From Camelus ferus (lineage: Eukaryota), in the NCBI RefSeq assembly GCF_009834535.1, contig NC_045697.1, positions 99,760,001 through 99,824,000 on the forward strand: a DNA stretch of 64,000 nt. Reading direction: 5' to 3'. Positions 27,371 to 40,100 of the stretch are shown here, piece after piece. How positions within the stretch are numbered: position 1 is the first letter of the stretch; each line of letters opens with the position of its first letter. A model generated the notes under the pieces. That model was given only the letters and a program-made list of their open reading frames with translations, did not search any database and was not told where the DNA came from. The translations under genes were made by a program, and so were the position numbers.

Positions 27371-28595
27371 AGGAATATTAAAGACATTTTAAAGCACAAA
27401 ACTAACATTTATAAAAACGAATGAAAAGAAGCAAATCAACTATACTTCAATTAAAAAAGAAACGAATGAAGTATATGTTAAAGGGAGCATACTGAGATGA
27501 TACATTCTTCTCAAATTCATATGAAACACAAGAATTCATAACAATTCTCAAATTTTATCACAGAAAAAGTTCTCTAACAACAATGTAACTAAATGATAAA
27601 TCAACAATAAAAGATGGCAAAACCAATATATTAAAAAAAAAACACACTCCCAAATAACCCATGCATAAAGAAGGTGATAGTAACAGAAAATATGAAACCT
27701 TTAGAACTGAAGGACTATCAGAATACATATGCATCAAGATGTTTGGTAATCAGCTCAAATGGCACTTAGGGGTAATTTTAGAGTTTTAAATGCATATACT
27801 AAAAAGACAAGAAGATACTGTGGCACTGCCAGACCCAGACTTGCTTAAACTTGTTCTGTTTTATTTATTTTTAAATTTTTTTAAATTTCTATTTTAAATG
27901 TCTTAACAAAATGGATAAGAGCATATACACCAGTTCACACAGAACCTGTCCATGACAATAGCAAGTTTCTGAACTTTCAATGACTTATTGAGAGTATATG
28001 ATAGCATCCCTAAGTCAACAAAATATATTTCTTAATTTTTAAAAACTTCCCTGCCTTTACTATTTTTATATTAAGGAATCGTAAAGGTACAAATATCATA
28101 AATAAATGTTCTAGTTTTTCTTGATGTAAGACGTAGTTTAATACTTTCAAGTCTACTAGTCTGTTTATTGTTTTCTCCTCTTCTATATAACTATGTATTT
28201 TCATTATTACAATTTCTGAAAGATGCCATTAGAAATCATGGTGATCTGAAGCTCCATGTATTACGGAGTTTCTTCTTGTTAAGCTTTTTTCTTCATATTT
28301 TCTGTAATGAAAATAAGAAATCGGTAACATCTCTAAATAACATACTATTAATTAATAAGGATGTAATTATTTTCATGAAAATTTCTTGACAATACTCTTC
28401 TTATTCTCTGTTGTATCAACTCCCTCTGTTGTATCTTAACATAAAATAGACACATAAAACTTTAAATAATAATTTTGAATAAAATACAAACATGCTGTAT
28501 ATCATTCTTTAATAAAAGTATTTAATAAAATAATTCAGTTAATGTATTTTGATGGGAAGTATTTGTCTATTCTCTCTCCTTCCATAACCTCCAAC

Positions 28596-28708
28596 TAGGC
28601 TTACCACATTTAGTAAAACAACAAAACAAATGCATCATACACAAAAAGTCATTGTTTAACTGAAATTCAAAGTTATTTGGGTGTCCTGTATTTTATCTGG
28701 CAATCCTA
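28596..28708. mobile_element. MER53-like hAT MITE, internally deleted, with 8-bp TSD
   Basis: Termini taggcttacca / tggcaatccta; perfect CCTCCAAC at 28588-28595 and 28709-28716. Confidence 0.85.
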
Positions 28709-30439
28709 CCTCCAACACATTGAAACACTTTGCCCTATGCCCAGTGTACTGCAGTAAAAGGAAACTGGCTATTCATGCAGGCTGAAGCACTAGCAAATTA
28801 TAAAACACACTATTCTCTAGCTTATCAACTAACAGAAAATCTTTAAGTATTTTATTTGAGTTTTCAGAAATTATTAATACTGAAATATTTTAGTTGAAAT
28901 TCTTTATGTTTATTATAGATGTAGAACATGAAATGATAAAAAACATTTAAATTGAAAGGCAAAATTTTAAAAATTTTTAAATGGAGAAAATTCATCACTA
29001 AGATGAATTTCTATTCTATTAAATTGTTTTTTTTTAACTATAAGCTAGATGAATAGAGAGATAAGGTAAATTACTTTTCTACTTGATGAACTATAGATAA
29101 TTTATCTTACATTATAAAAAGTTTTATGAGAGTTATAACATAATTTAACTGGTTAAGGAACAAATTTTACATAAAGGTTTTTTAAAGGACTTAAAGGAAT
29201 AAATATTAAGGAAAACAGCAATGAAAAGGTTGCTTTATTGGTCCCCATTTAAAAAAAAAAAACAGGGTGACATTTATCTCTCCGAGGGCCAATGTATGTA
29301 AATCTTACTTTACTCAATAAAGTTACAAATTGAAAAAAATTGAAATGAAATATCCAAAGTCTTGATTCAAGGTGGTAGACAGCTAGGACTCCATGGAAAT
29401 GATAATAAATGAACAGAAAAGGGAGTAATTCCAAACGACGAAAGAATGGATGGGGTTTCTGAACATAGGAGACATTAATGACACTGATGGAAGAATGGGG
29501 ACTGACAGAGTGGAGATGAGGAATCTGTGACCCAGACATGGAGGACCAGAGCTACAGCGGAGCTGGACGATTTGATGGAAGACAGGAGCTAAATGGGGCA
29601 AAACCTGGAGACTGAAGTAAGAGTGTGTGTCAGGAGGACCCACAGTGAATACGTGAGCAGCCAGGACTTATGCTCCAGGCAAAGCACATGCACAGTCTTC
29701 TTAATGAAGGCTAGATGCACCATCTACATGTAAGCAGCACAGGCAGTGTGTGTACCGGTGTCCCAGAACAAAGCCCACTATATTCTGGCATAGTGGTGCC
29801 CTTCTCTCAAACCACTGGGGAAAAAAAGCACAACCAAACCTCCAACATAAAACAATCGCAATCTAGCCACTCACATACTCTAAAACATGGTTTGCAAACC
29901 AAAAATCCTACCCATGTACCAAAAATGCCCAGGAAGCCTCATCCCTTTCAATTTTATGAAGGAATATAAAGATAAATGCGGGGCAGGGATGGGGTGAGGG
30001 AGAGGAAATAAAATTTACCCATTTTGCCCCCAGACAATTAAGAATCACTAAACGTTTGAGAAAGTGCAACATAACAGAAAAAGATCAAATAAACAAGCAG
30101 ACAGATTGATCTGACCACAGAAAAAAACAGTTCATTCAGAATGCAGAAGAGAATTTTTAAAAGTTTGGCGAAAAGACCTAATAGAGATCTGAGGAAAACA
30201 ATGTATCATCAAAACAAGTCAATGCTAGGAAAAGGGAACAAAATAAAAATAAAATAAATATTCAATAGAAAAGTTAGTCAAGGAAACCACCTAGTACACA
30301 GGCAAACAAGGGACAGAAAACAGTAAATAAAAGTTATGACATATAGAGGATTGGTTCAGTAAGTTTAATGTCTGATTATTAAGATTTTCAGAAAAGAGAA
30401 CTTAAAAAGAGGAAGGTCAAAATAATCAAAGTAAGAATA

Positions 30440-30797
30440 TGCCATGGACTAAATATTTGTCACCCTTCCTCAAATTCATATCTTGAAGCTTAAATCCCCA
30501 ATGTATTTGAAAGTGGGGTTTTAGGAGATAACTAGGTCATGAGGGTGGAATGCTCACCAATGGGATAGTGCAGTTATAAGGGGATAAGGAGACCAGAGTT
30601 TTCTCTGCTCTTGGCCATGTGAAGACACAGCCAGAAGACGGCTGTCTGCAAAGCAGGAAGTGGGCCCTCCCCAGAACTTCCCAGGCTGCACCTTGATCTT
30701 GGCCTTCCCAGCCTCCAGAACCGTGAGAACACACTTCTACTGGTCAAGCCACTTGATCTGTGGTATTTTTGTTACAGCAGCCCAAACTGACTAGGAC
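30440..30797 (+). mobile_element. MaLR solo LTR (MLT1A/B-like)
   Basis: tgccatggactaaat...aaattcata...ggtcatgagggtgga...caccttgatcttggccttcccagcctccagaaccgtgaga...gttacagcagcccaaactgactaggac. Confidence 0.88.
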
Positions 30798-32699
30798 TTA
30801 ATAAAAATAAGTAAGAACTTAAGCTAAATATTCATCTATCCTACAGGAAGAATGATAATGTGTAGAAATAAAAATTAGCAGTATAAGCATATTATTTAGC
30901 AGTATAAAGATAACTACTAGAACTTAAACCAGAAATGATTAAATGTTATTGCCTCTGGTGAGTCAGATAGGGCTGGGGAAGTGCGAGGGGACTGATGCCT
31001 TTAATTATGAGGTGGTTTTTTTTAATTAAATTTTAGCCATATGTATGTATATTACTTGATAAATATAAACAAAGCTAAGAATCTTGTATCACTGAATTTT
31101 ATTCCATTTTGAAATGCACTGTTGGAAAATGAAAGGGATAATCCATTCTGCAACCCTGTCATCAGTTTGGAAACACCTAATATTAAATATCTAAAAGTCT
31201 TAGCAAATGGACAGTTCATTATTTCCCAGAAAGTTGTTTTTGATAGGGAAATGTGGTTTCAGTGAAGGATGCTGAAAGCACTTCAAAGTCCTATGTTAGG
31301 AGGGTAAAAAGGGGTAGTGATGATCTTCATTTTGTTTTTGCAGAAAAGAAGGGAAATGTTCTGAAAGGAGCAATGAAAAGAGAAAGACACTTGACTGATA
31401 GGGTAATGAATGAAGGTACCTGGGAAAATTGATACCTGAGTATGTTTTGGATATCTCTTAAACTCCACATACGCTTTACCATACCTCAACTTTGCTTCAA
31501 ACTTTGGCTGATCTTAGTCTCACTAAAACATAAAAAAAAATTCTTCATCATGATGCAAGTCTAACTGAAACTCAGAGTGCAGCGTTATCTTCATGGAAAT
31601 GCACCCACGTTTCCATGTTGAAATGGTATGTATATAAATAAAGCACATTTTTGATTATATATTATGTGCTTCTTTTACTGTTAAAGTGTGAAAAGATAAT
31701 TTTGTATGAATACACTTCCATCCACATAAATCATTCAGAGGGCAGTATTAGGTGGAAAGTGAATGAGACTGGATTAGAAGGGAAGAAATTCAAATTCCAA
31801 AATGGAGCCAGCCAAGAAGATGGGAGTGGCTTTAAGAGGACCTAAGCTCAGAGGTGGTGGGAACAGGCAAGGGCTTTGGGGTTGACTGCAGAGCCACAGT
31901 TGGAATATCCATGATTGTGCTAAGCAACAGACATCAGAAGTGACTATTCCCTGGAAGAAATAGTGGCTGTAGGTATTTGATGTGGAGAAGAAGTAATAAC
32001 CCAAGAAAGAATGAGTCTTCCCTACTTGGAAGAAAAGCTACCATACACTATGAGCAACAGAACGTAGAACGCCCCATCCCTTGCCCACTCCCTTCCTTCT
32101 TCTGCTGAAAGGCTGCAGAAAATAGATTCACTAATCACAGACTAAATAGCAGACAATCTCAAAAACAAGTAAGAAACAAATTTTCATTTTGGGGAGCCTG
32201 AAACACAAGAAGCAACAGAATCAAACTGAGATCAGTCAAGGAACGGAAGCCACTTGAGGTATTTTGAATAACGAAATAGATTTACTGCAGATAGAATAAA
32301 CTAGAGGTGAACTCAACTCTTGGAAAGACTGGGGAGCAGAGGTCAGGAAGCCACTCTCAGGAGATCTGGAAGCCACTGCAGATGATTTTAGATGTCTCAG
32401 CAGTACAACAGGCCATTTTGAGAACCCTGGAAGCTGCCTGGAAGTGAGTGTGATCTCAATTCCTGTCCACAGCAGGCAACTGCTGCCTTCTCAGCTGTCC
32501 ACCATGTCTACTGCGAGTATCTCTCGCCCACAGAACCTAACGTGTAACTTTTCGGATAAAGACATTCCATGAGGTTTTTTCCCCAAGAAGTAGAGGAGAA
32601 TGGAAAGGAGGATGGCAACAATGCAGAATTAACAACAAACAATAAGAATAGGAAGCAGTTCAAATAACAAATTATACTTACACTAATATACTGATGTTT

Positions 32700-33870
32700 A
32701 AGTGTAACTAATATTCTTTGAGAGAATATTTTCCAGAATTGAAGAATGAGTTTTCAGATTAAAAAGCCCCACCGAATAAGAAGCACCACAGATAAAAATA
32801 AACCCATACCTTCCTCATGAAATTGTAGAGCCCAAATACAAGAACATTTTCAAAGGTTTAGAAACGGGTAAACTGGTCTTATACAAAGAAACAGGAATTA
32901 GAATTGTTTGAATACCTTCAAAAATGGAAGAAATCATTTCCAATTCAGAACTGTTTCCCCAGCCAATTTAATAACTAAGTTTAATAGACTGCAGTCATTT
33001 TTAAGATGTTTTAATTCTCCAAAACTTTACCTCTCACACAGTCCTTCTCAAGAAATTACTCACAGGCATGCCTCACAAAAGCAAACAAATAAACCAAGAA
33101 TGGTGGAGGTTGGGATCCAGAAAACAGAGGAATCAACTCAAGAGACAAAAGGAACCCCAGAGGTGCCTAAAATCTGCCAGAGCTGGTCAGAAGGCTGCAG
33201 GAGAGAGACCTGTAAAGATTAGAAAGTGAAAGAAATGCAGAGAAGCATTTGATAATATTAAACATTCATTTATGATTTTTTTAGATGTTTGAATGTATCA
33301 AGAAAAGATTTAGAGAATTCACAGAGAATCTGAGGTTGAATTAGTGATAAGTGCATTGAAATAAAGAAAACTTAAAACTCCAAAGAAAAAACATTGTGTA
33401 ATAAGGAAAGAGTAGAAAGATTATACTATGTAGGTTTAATGTAAATAGCATTTATAGTCTTATAATTACAAAAATCACTGAATACTGAGCTAGCCAATGA
33501 TAAAATTATATTGAGAGAGTGGAGGTTTAAGTGGAGTGGACCCTATTAAAATTAAAATTTTCATTGAACTTTATCAAAAGACACTGTTAAGAAAATGAAA
33601 GGGCAAGACATAGTTGAGACTTGTGGTCAAACTATTGAATTATTACAATTCAAAAGTAAAATGGCAAACAACCCAATTTTTAAGTGGGCAAATATCTGAA
33701 TAAACATATCATAAAAGTATATATATTTCATAAAAATATATATCATAAAAATATATTTCATTATATATGTATACAAATATATAAAAATATGTTAAGCACA
33801 TGAAAAGATGCTCAACATCATTGGATGTTAAAGAAATGCAAATTAATATCATAATGAGATATCAGGATCT
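32700..33870 (+). mobile_element. Degenerate L1/HAL1-like remnants
   Basis: ORF1-like aatattttccagaattgaag...ttttcagatt and ORF2-end aagcacatgaaaagatgctcaacatcatt...gaaatgcaaatt. Confidence 0.55.
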
Positions 33871-34208
33871 GCCTATTTTAGAACTTTATAAAAATAGTAG
33901 TCTTTTGCACCTTGCTTTCTTTTTTTTCATTTAGCATAGTGTTTTAGAGATTCATCCATATTGCTGCATCTATTGGTAAGAATGAGGCTTCAAATTCAGA
34001 TCTATTATCTCCAAATTCATTGTACATCTACAGTACATGAAAGGAAACACTAACTGGTTCTTCTAAAACAGAATATTGGCAAATGTCTCAGAAAGTTACA
34101 TGCGTAAAACTAAAAAAAATACACAAAACATAAGAATATAAAATACTATAAGGTATATAAATATCTGATAATTTTCTATATATTTAAATCAATTTTTACA
34201 CTTACCAT

Positions 34209-34214
34209 TTTATT
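34209..34214 (-). terminator. Candidate MGAT4D polyadenylation signal AATAAA
   Basis: tttatt on + strand, about 140 nt downstream of the stop codon. Confidence 0.55.
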
Positions 34215-34356
34215 ATTAAAGGTTTAACTTTTTTAAATATGATAAAATCTCTTATCCACTATGAAGAAAGTTGAGAAATAGTCTAATCCTTGTGATGCCA
34301 TTTTTTCCAAAGAATGCTTCTGACCATTTAAAGAAGGTATTAGAATTATGAAATTC

Positions 34357-34371
34357 CTAGTAGTAGATATC
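34357..34371 (-). CDS. MGAT4D: MGAT4D probable terminal exon, coding part DIYY*
   Basis: Acceptor atttttaaaatttctaacag|GATATCTACTACTAG, in phase 0 with exon 10; nearby AATAAA; resembles the short D-x-Y-Y terminus I recall for rodent MGAT4D. Confidence 0.75.
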   Translation of the reverse strand, partial: DIYY

Positions 34372-35652
34372 CTGTTAGAAATTTTAAAAATACGTTAAAT
34401 ATAATCACACTTGACATACTAGATTGCTATTACTTTCTATTTTATGTTGTATGAAGAATAAAAAAGAAAAAAGCTAAGATTATAACATCAAAATAAAAGT
34501 GATTAGATGTACATTCTCCTTAATCTGTCATGACTTCACAAAGATAAGGTTAAAATAGCTTATCCAGCAAAAAAAAAAATGTAAAAAATAATCCCATTAT
34601 AACTGCATCAACAAACAAAATGGTATACGCTAATTTCTTTCTGCATCATCTGTGGCTATGTTTTATGTATTTTGATGGTATTAGTTTTTGCATAAAGACT
34701 CATAACACTTAAGTTTTCATTATTCCAGACACTTCTTTGTCTTATTTAAAGGCAAACATGTTTAATCTTGATTTCCACCTTTTCTGAGAGCTAATAGCTA
34801 ATGTTTACTGAGTTCACACTATGAGGTAGAGTTCTCAAGAGTGCAGAGCAATAAACATAGAAATAGGGAAAGGTGGCAAGAGGGCCGTCATAAACAGGAG
34901 AAGGATGTATATGTGCATTTCTCTTTGACAGAGGATTAAAGCAGTAATTTGCTTTGTTGTGTGAAGAAACCAAGAAAGAGACGCCAATATTATTTCAAAG
35001 GTGGAAGAAATCTTAAGGATCATTTAATTTACGCTCCTCATTTTATAGGTGAAGGAAAACAAAAGCTCGGAGGAATGGTAGGGCTTTCCCAGTATCATGT
35101 ACACAGATCACCACGATAAACTATAGATGTTTTGACTCTGTGTGTAGTCTTTGCTTCTTTTACTCCACCAAGGGGAGCTAGGACAATTATAAAAAATATT
35201 ATTTTCAAGAATCATGGAAAACTTAGAAATGTTAAAAAAACAAATAATGCTGAATTTTTGTTCATCTGGTAGACAGTAGTCTGAAATAAGAATGCTGATA
35301 CATTTACATTTAATAATAGAGGTATTGGGGGAAATATTCTTTTGTACTTTTAAATATTAGACTAAAATAGTGAATTTTATTATAATCTTAAAAACATTTT
35401 TTTAGTCTCATTATTTGAATTGCACAGCTGGGAACAGTAAGGCAAAGAAGTCCATGTACGCTGGATTTTTCTAAGCATGATAGGTAACTTGGGTCTTGTA
35501 AAGATAACTGCTCTTCAAAACAGTTGGGTCATAAGATGAATTGTGTTTAAACAATTTTTATAGTCTCTAATGTTCTCAACAATCCTTTTCTAAATATCTT
35601 ATAAGTTCATGAAACATTGTATATTACTCAACTTACATTTCAAATTACTTAC

Positions 35653-35760
35653 TTTGAAATATTGTTCTCTTCCAGGGAATGATGACTGTATACCCACATG
35701 CTGGAAAAGAGAAGGTTTATATCGAATACGAATTTGCTTATTTCGTTCTGTACATTTTTC
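35653..35760 (-). CDS. MGAT4D: MGAT4D exon 10 (108 nt): [36 protein letters not shown]
   Basis: Acceptor cttcttctccag|, donor |GTAAGT; MGAT4-family [12 protein letters not shown] motif; phase 0 to 0. Confidence 0.93.
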
Positions 35761-35864
35761 CTGGAGAAGAAGTAAGAGAAACAACAATCTTATGTTAAAA
35801 CCCAAATACTCCTTTTTGTTGCATTTACTGATGGAAGAATCTTTTGTTACATTAATTTTTGCTC

Positions 35865-36196
35865 GAATCTAAAAAAAGAAATACAAAACAGAAACAGACT
35901 CATAGACATAGAATACAAACTTGTTCCCAAGGGGGCAGGGGGTGGGAAGGGACAGACTGAGATTTCAAAATTTGTAGATACTGACAGGCATATGCAGACT
36001 AGATAAACAAGATCATACTGTATAGCACAGGGAAATATACACAAGATCTTGTGGTGGCTCACAGCGAAAAAAAAATGTGACAATGAATATATGTACGTTC
36101 ATGTATAACTGAAAAACTGTGCTCTACACTGGAATTTGACACAACATTGTAAACTGACTATAACTCAATTAAAAAAATGTTAAAAAAAGAAAAAAA
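35865..36196 (+). mobile_element. Young L1 3' UTR (camelid-type)
   Basis: gaaacagactcatagacatagaatacaaactt...tgtgctctacactggaatttgacacaacattgtaaactgactataactcaa plus A-tail. Confidence 0.9.
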
Positions 36197-36582
36197 TTTT
36201 GCCTGAGTTCTATATTACTACTTCAAAATTTAAACATTTATTTCTTAGATTTTTCTTCGTAAGAATAATGGAACAAAAAAGATACAAAAGCAGGTATTTT
36301 CATGAACTGTTAGTTCATTAGAAAATCAGGCTACAGTTGTACCAACAAATAATTCTCCTCTCCTTTCTCTATATTCCAGTAAAATAAAGTTTTTAGTATT
36401 TTCCTGTCTATCCACTTGTCTCAGACTACATTATTCTCTCCTCATATTCATTGATAAATTCCTACACTGAATTACACCCTCCTCAATTTCTTCTTAAAAA
36501 GTGTATGATTAAAACAAAGAGCCAATATTATACTTAATGAAAAAATATATGGATAATCTCCTTAAAAATAAAAATAAGGTGG

Positions 36583-36842
36583 AAGGGGGTGGAAAGGGAT
36601 AAATTTGGAGTTTGAGATTTGCAGATACTAACTAATATATATAAAATATATAAACAACAAGTTTATACTGTATAGCATAGGGAACCATATTCAGTATCTT
36701 GTAACCTATGGTGAAGAAGAATATGAGAACAAATGTATGTATGTTCCTATGTGACTGAAGTATTGTGCTGTACATCAGAAACTGACAGAACATTGTAAAC
36801 TGACTGTATTTCAATAAAAATATATTTAAAAAAAAGAAAAAA
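36583..36842 (+). mobile_element. L1 3' UTR, a related older subfamily
   Basis: gggataaatttggagtttgagatttgcagatac...tactgtatagcatagggaac...cattgtaaactgactgtatttcaataaaaa plus A-tail. Confidence 0.88.
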
Positions 36843-37307
36843 GATAAGATGACCTGTGACATTGCTCCTATTAAAGACAAACATTTGAAATTATTATGAT
36901 TGCTATGAGAATTATTTTATGTATTTTATATATGTATGCACAGAAAATTCATAAAAATATATCTCAGATTTATGTACATAAGAATTTTTAAATAGCAGCC
37001 TTATTTAAATGCATTTCTACTCAATGCTAACATGCAGGAAAACATTAAAAATTGCTTTTGTAACTGTAAAGTAATTAAATAATCTAGAGCTAATTTAATT
37101 TGAAACTAAATTAAGGTTGGATAAACTTAGTTGAGGAGTTAAAATTTAGCAAATATGGTAATATTTTCTAATCTATTAATAATAGTTCCAGTGGGATGGT
37201 ATTATCAAATGCTGGCTCCCCATAAATACCCACCAAATAACCTGTCGATAAAGTGAAACTGAGTTCATTGCTTATTGCAGTAAGGGAGAAACTACCTTAA
37301 TAGAGTC

Positions 37308-40100
37308 TATTCAAGTCTTGTGCCCATTTTTCAACTGGTTTATTTTCCTATTGTTGAGTTTTGAAGATTCTTTATATACTCTGAATACAAGTCCTTGCTG
37401 TACATGGAATTTAAAAATGTCTTTTCCTAGTCTGTGATGTCTTAACTTCTTAACGTGAGTTTTGCCATACAAAAGGTTTTAATTTTGATGAAGTACAATT
37501 TATTAATTTTTTAAAAATGGATCAAGTGTTTAATGTCATGTCTAACAATTCTCCACTTAGCCCTGGGTCCTGAAGATTTTTTCCTATATTTTCTACTAAA
37601 AGTTTATGTTTTGTATTTAGATAGACGACCTGTTTTGAAATAGTGTTTGTATCAGGTGCAATGTTTAGGTTCAGATTCTTTTATTAAATATGGATATAGC
37701 TATAGATATCCAACTGATCCAATACACATTTGTTGTTTTTTTGTTTTGGGTTTCTTTTTTTTTGTCCTTTTGTATCTGGTTTATTTCACATAGCATATTG
37801 TCTTCCAGCTTCACCTACATTGGGTGGCTTTGGTCTCACACATGTGCGTGTCCGCTCTTGGCCAGAGCCTCACATGGACCTTTCTATAAATCTCTGGGGA
37901 GCTCTCTTTTTGTGAGTCTCCTCCCTCAATTAACTTGGACTCCTGGGCTTTTTTGGGGAGATGTCCTCCTCCTTGTGCTGCATTCTGGAAATTGTTCCTG
38001 GGCAATAAACTGGAAGTTTGTAGAAATCACTGTGTTTGTTTTCCTTCTCCCAGGTAACACAATCCTGTATTGTCTGTTGTGTAATATTTGAAAACTGTTG
38101 TCTCACATATTTTGTTCAGTTTTCTAGCACTTTGAGGCAGAAGGATAAATCTGCCACCTGTTAGTTTATCTTGACTGGAAGTAGAAATCTCCAGTGTCCA
38201 ATACATGTTTGTTGAAAGACTATTCTTTCTCCATTGACTGTAGTATGCTCCTTTGTCATAAATCATTGGCCGTACTTTGTGGACCTATTTCTGGACTGTT
38301 GTGTTCCATGGGTCTATATGTTTACCCCTTTGCCTCTAAAGCCTTGTCTTGACTACTGTAGCTTTACAGTAAGATTTTAAATCAAGTAGTATGATGATGC
38401 CTCCAATTTTATTCTTCTGTTTCAAAATCACTTTTAGCTACTCTAGTTCCTTTGCCTTTTCTTAAAAATGTTAGAATCAGCTTGTGTATATTCACCAAAG
38501 GAAATCCTACTGGAATGTTGATTGGAATTGTGTTAAATCCATAGATCAATTAGGGAACATTCACATATTTACTATGTCGAGGCTCCCAATCCATGATCGT
38601 GGTATGTCTAGTTCTTTCAACAGCATTTAGGAATTTTCAGCATATAAATAATGTACATATTTTGTTAGAATTATACACATACAATATATATATGGAATTT
38701 ACAAAAAATTTTCCTAGTTTCTGGCATCTTACTCTCTTAACAGTAAATTTTGCAACACAAAAGGTTTTAATTTTGATGAAGTCCAATTTATCAATATATT
38801 ATATATATATTTTATTATATATATAATTATATATTATAAAATATATATATATATATCATGATATTCTCTCATTCTAATGTTGGTAATTTATGTCTTTGGG
38901 TTTTTCTTATCAGCCTTGCCAGAGATTTGTAAGTTCCATTGCTCTTTTGAAAGAACAAGTTTTTGGTTTCACTGATTTTTCTCTACAGTTTTAATGTTTT
39001 CAATTTTGTTTCTTTCTGCTCTTACGGTTGTTGTTTTCTTCCTTCTCCATAAATTGGGTTTATTTTGCTCTTCTTTTTCTAGTTTCTTAAGGTAGAAGCT
39101 AAGATTTTTAATGGGAGATCTTTTTTCTCTTCTAAGATGAAGATTTTTTACTGCTATAAATTTCTCCTTAAGTAGTACTTTAGCTGCATCTCACAAATAT
39201 CGACACCCCATATTTGCATTTTCATTCAGTTCAAAGCATTTTCTAAATTCCTTTGAGACTTCCTCTTTCATTTTTGGTTTATTTAAAAATGTGTTGTTTA
39301 ATTTTCAAATATTTTTAGATGGTTCAGTTATATTTCTGTTATTAATTTCTATTTTGATTCCATTGTTGTCAGAGAATATACTTTTTGTGATTTCAATTTA
39401 AATATGTTCAGCTTTGTTTTATGATACAAGATATGTCTATTTTGGTGAATGTTCTAAGTGTATTTTAAAAGAATGTGTTTTCTACTGCTGTTGGATGTAG
39501 TGTTTTTTAAAATAGCAGTTAAATCCAGATGGTAGATGGTGTTCAGTTCTTTTATCTCCTTGCTGGTTTCTGCCTACTAGGTCTATTGCTTACAGAGAGG
39601 AGCACTGAAATCTCCAACTGTCACTGTAGACTAATCTATCTGTCCTTTCAGTCCTGTCAACTTTTGTTTCATGTGTTGTGAGATTCTGTTGTTGAATGTA
39701 TGTCCTTTGAGGAGTGTTATGTCTTCTTGGTGATTTGACCCTTTTGTCAGTATATATATTTGTCAGTATTTCTTGATCCTTGGTCAATTTTTTTTTTCTT
39801 TTGCTGTGAAGTCTACTATGATATTAATATAGCTACCACAGATTTCCTTTGATTAATATCTGCATAGTATATCTTCTTCTATCTTTTACTTTTTAGCTAC
39901 TTAGATCTTATATTTGAATTGAGTAGAGACAGCAAGTAATTGAACAGTGTTTTTCAATCCATTCTGATGAATTGTCTCTTAATTGGTGTATTTTGGCCAT
40001 TTATATTTGATGTCAATATTGATTTGTTTGGATTTATATATACCATTTTATTATTGTTCTTTTCTGTTTGCTCACTTTTTCTGTCGCTTTGTTTCCACTT
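37308..40100 (-). mobile_element. Cluster of old L1M fragments, including a nested insertion at 37736-38196
   Basis: Antisense ORF2-like tracts (ttttaattttgatgaagtccaattt; ctgtagctttacagtaag; tgaaatctccaact) interrupted by (TA)n near 38800-38857. Confidence 0.8.

Noticed and set aside
34742..34783. Alternative MGAT4D last exon giving KRWKSRLNMFAFK*
   Set aside because: Weak pyrimidine tract with upstream AGs; the 34371 acceptor is better supported, so this was not called as the main exon
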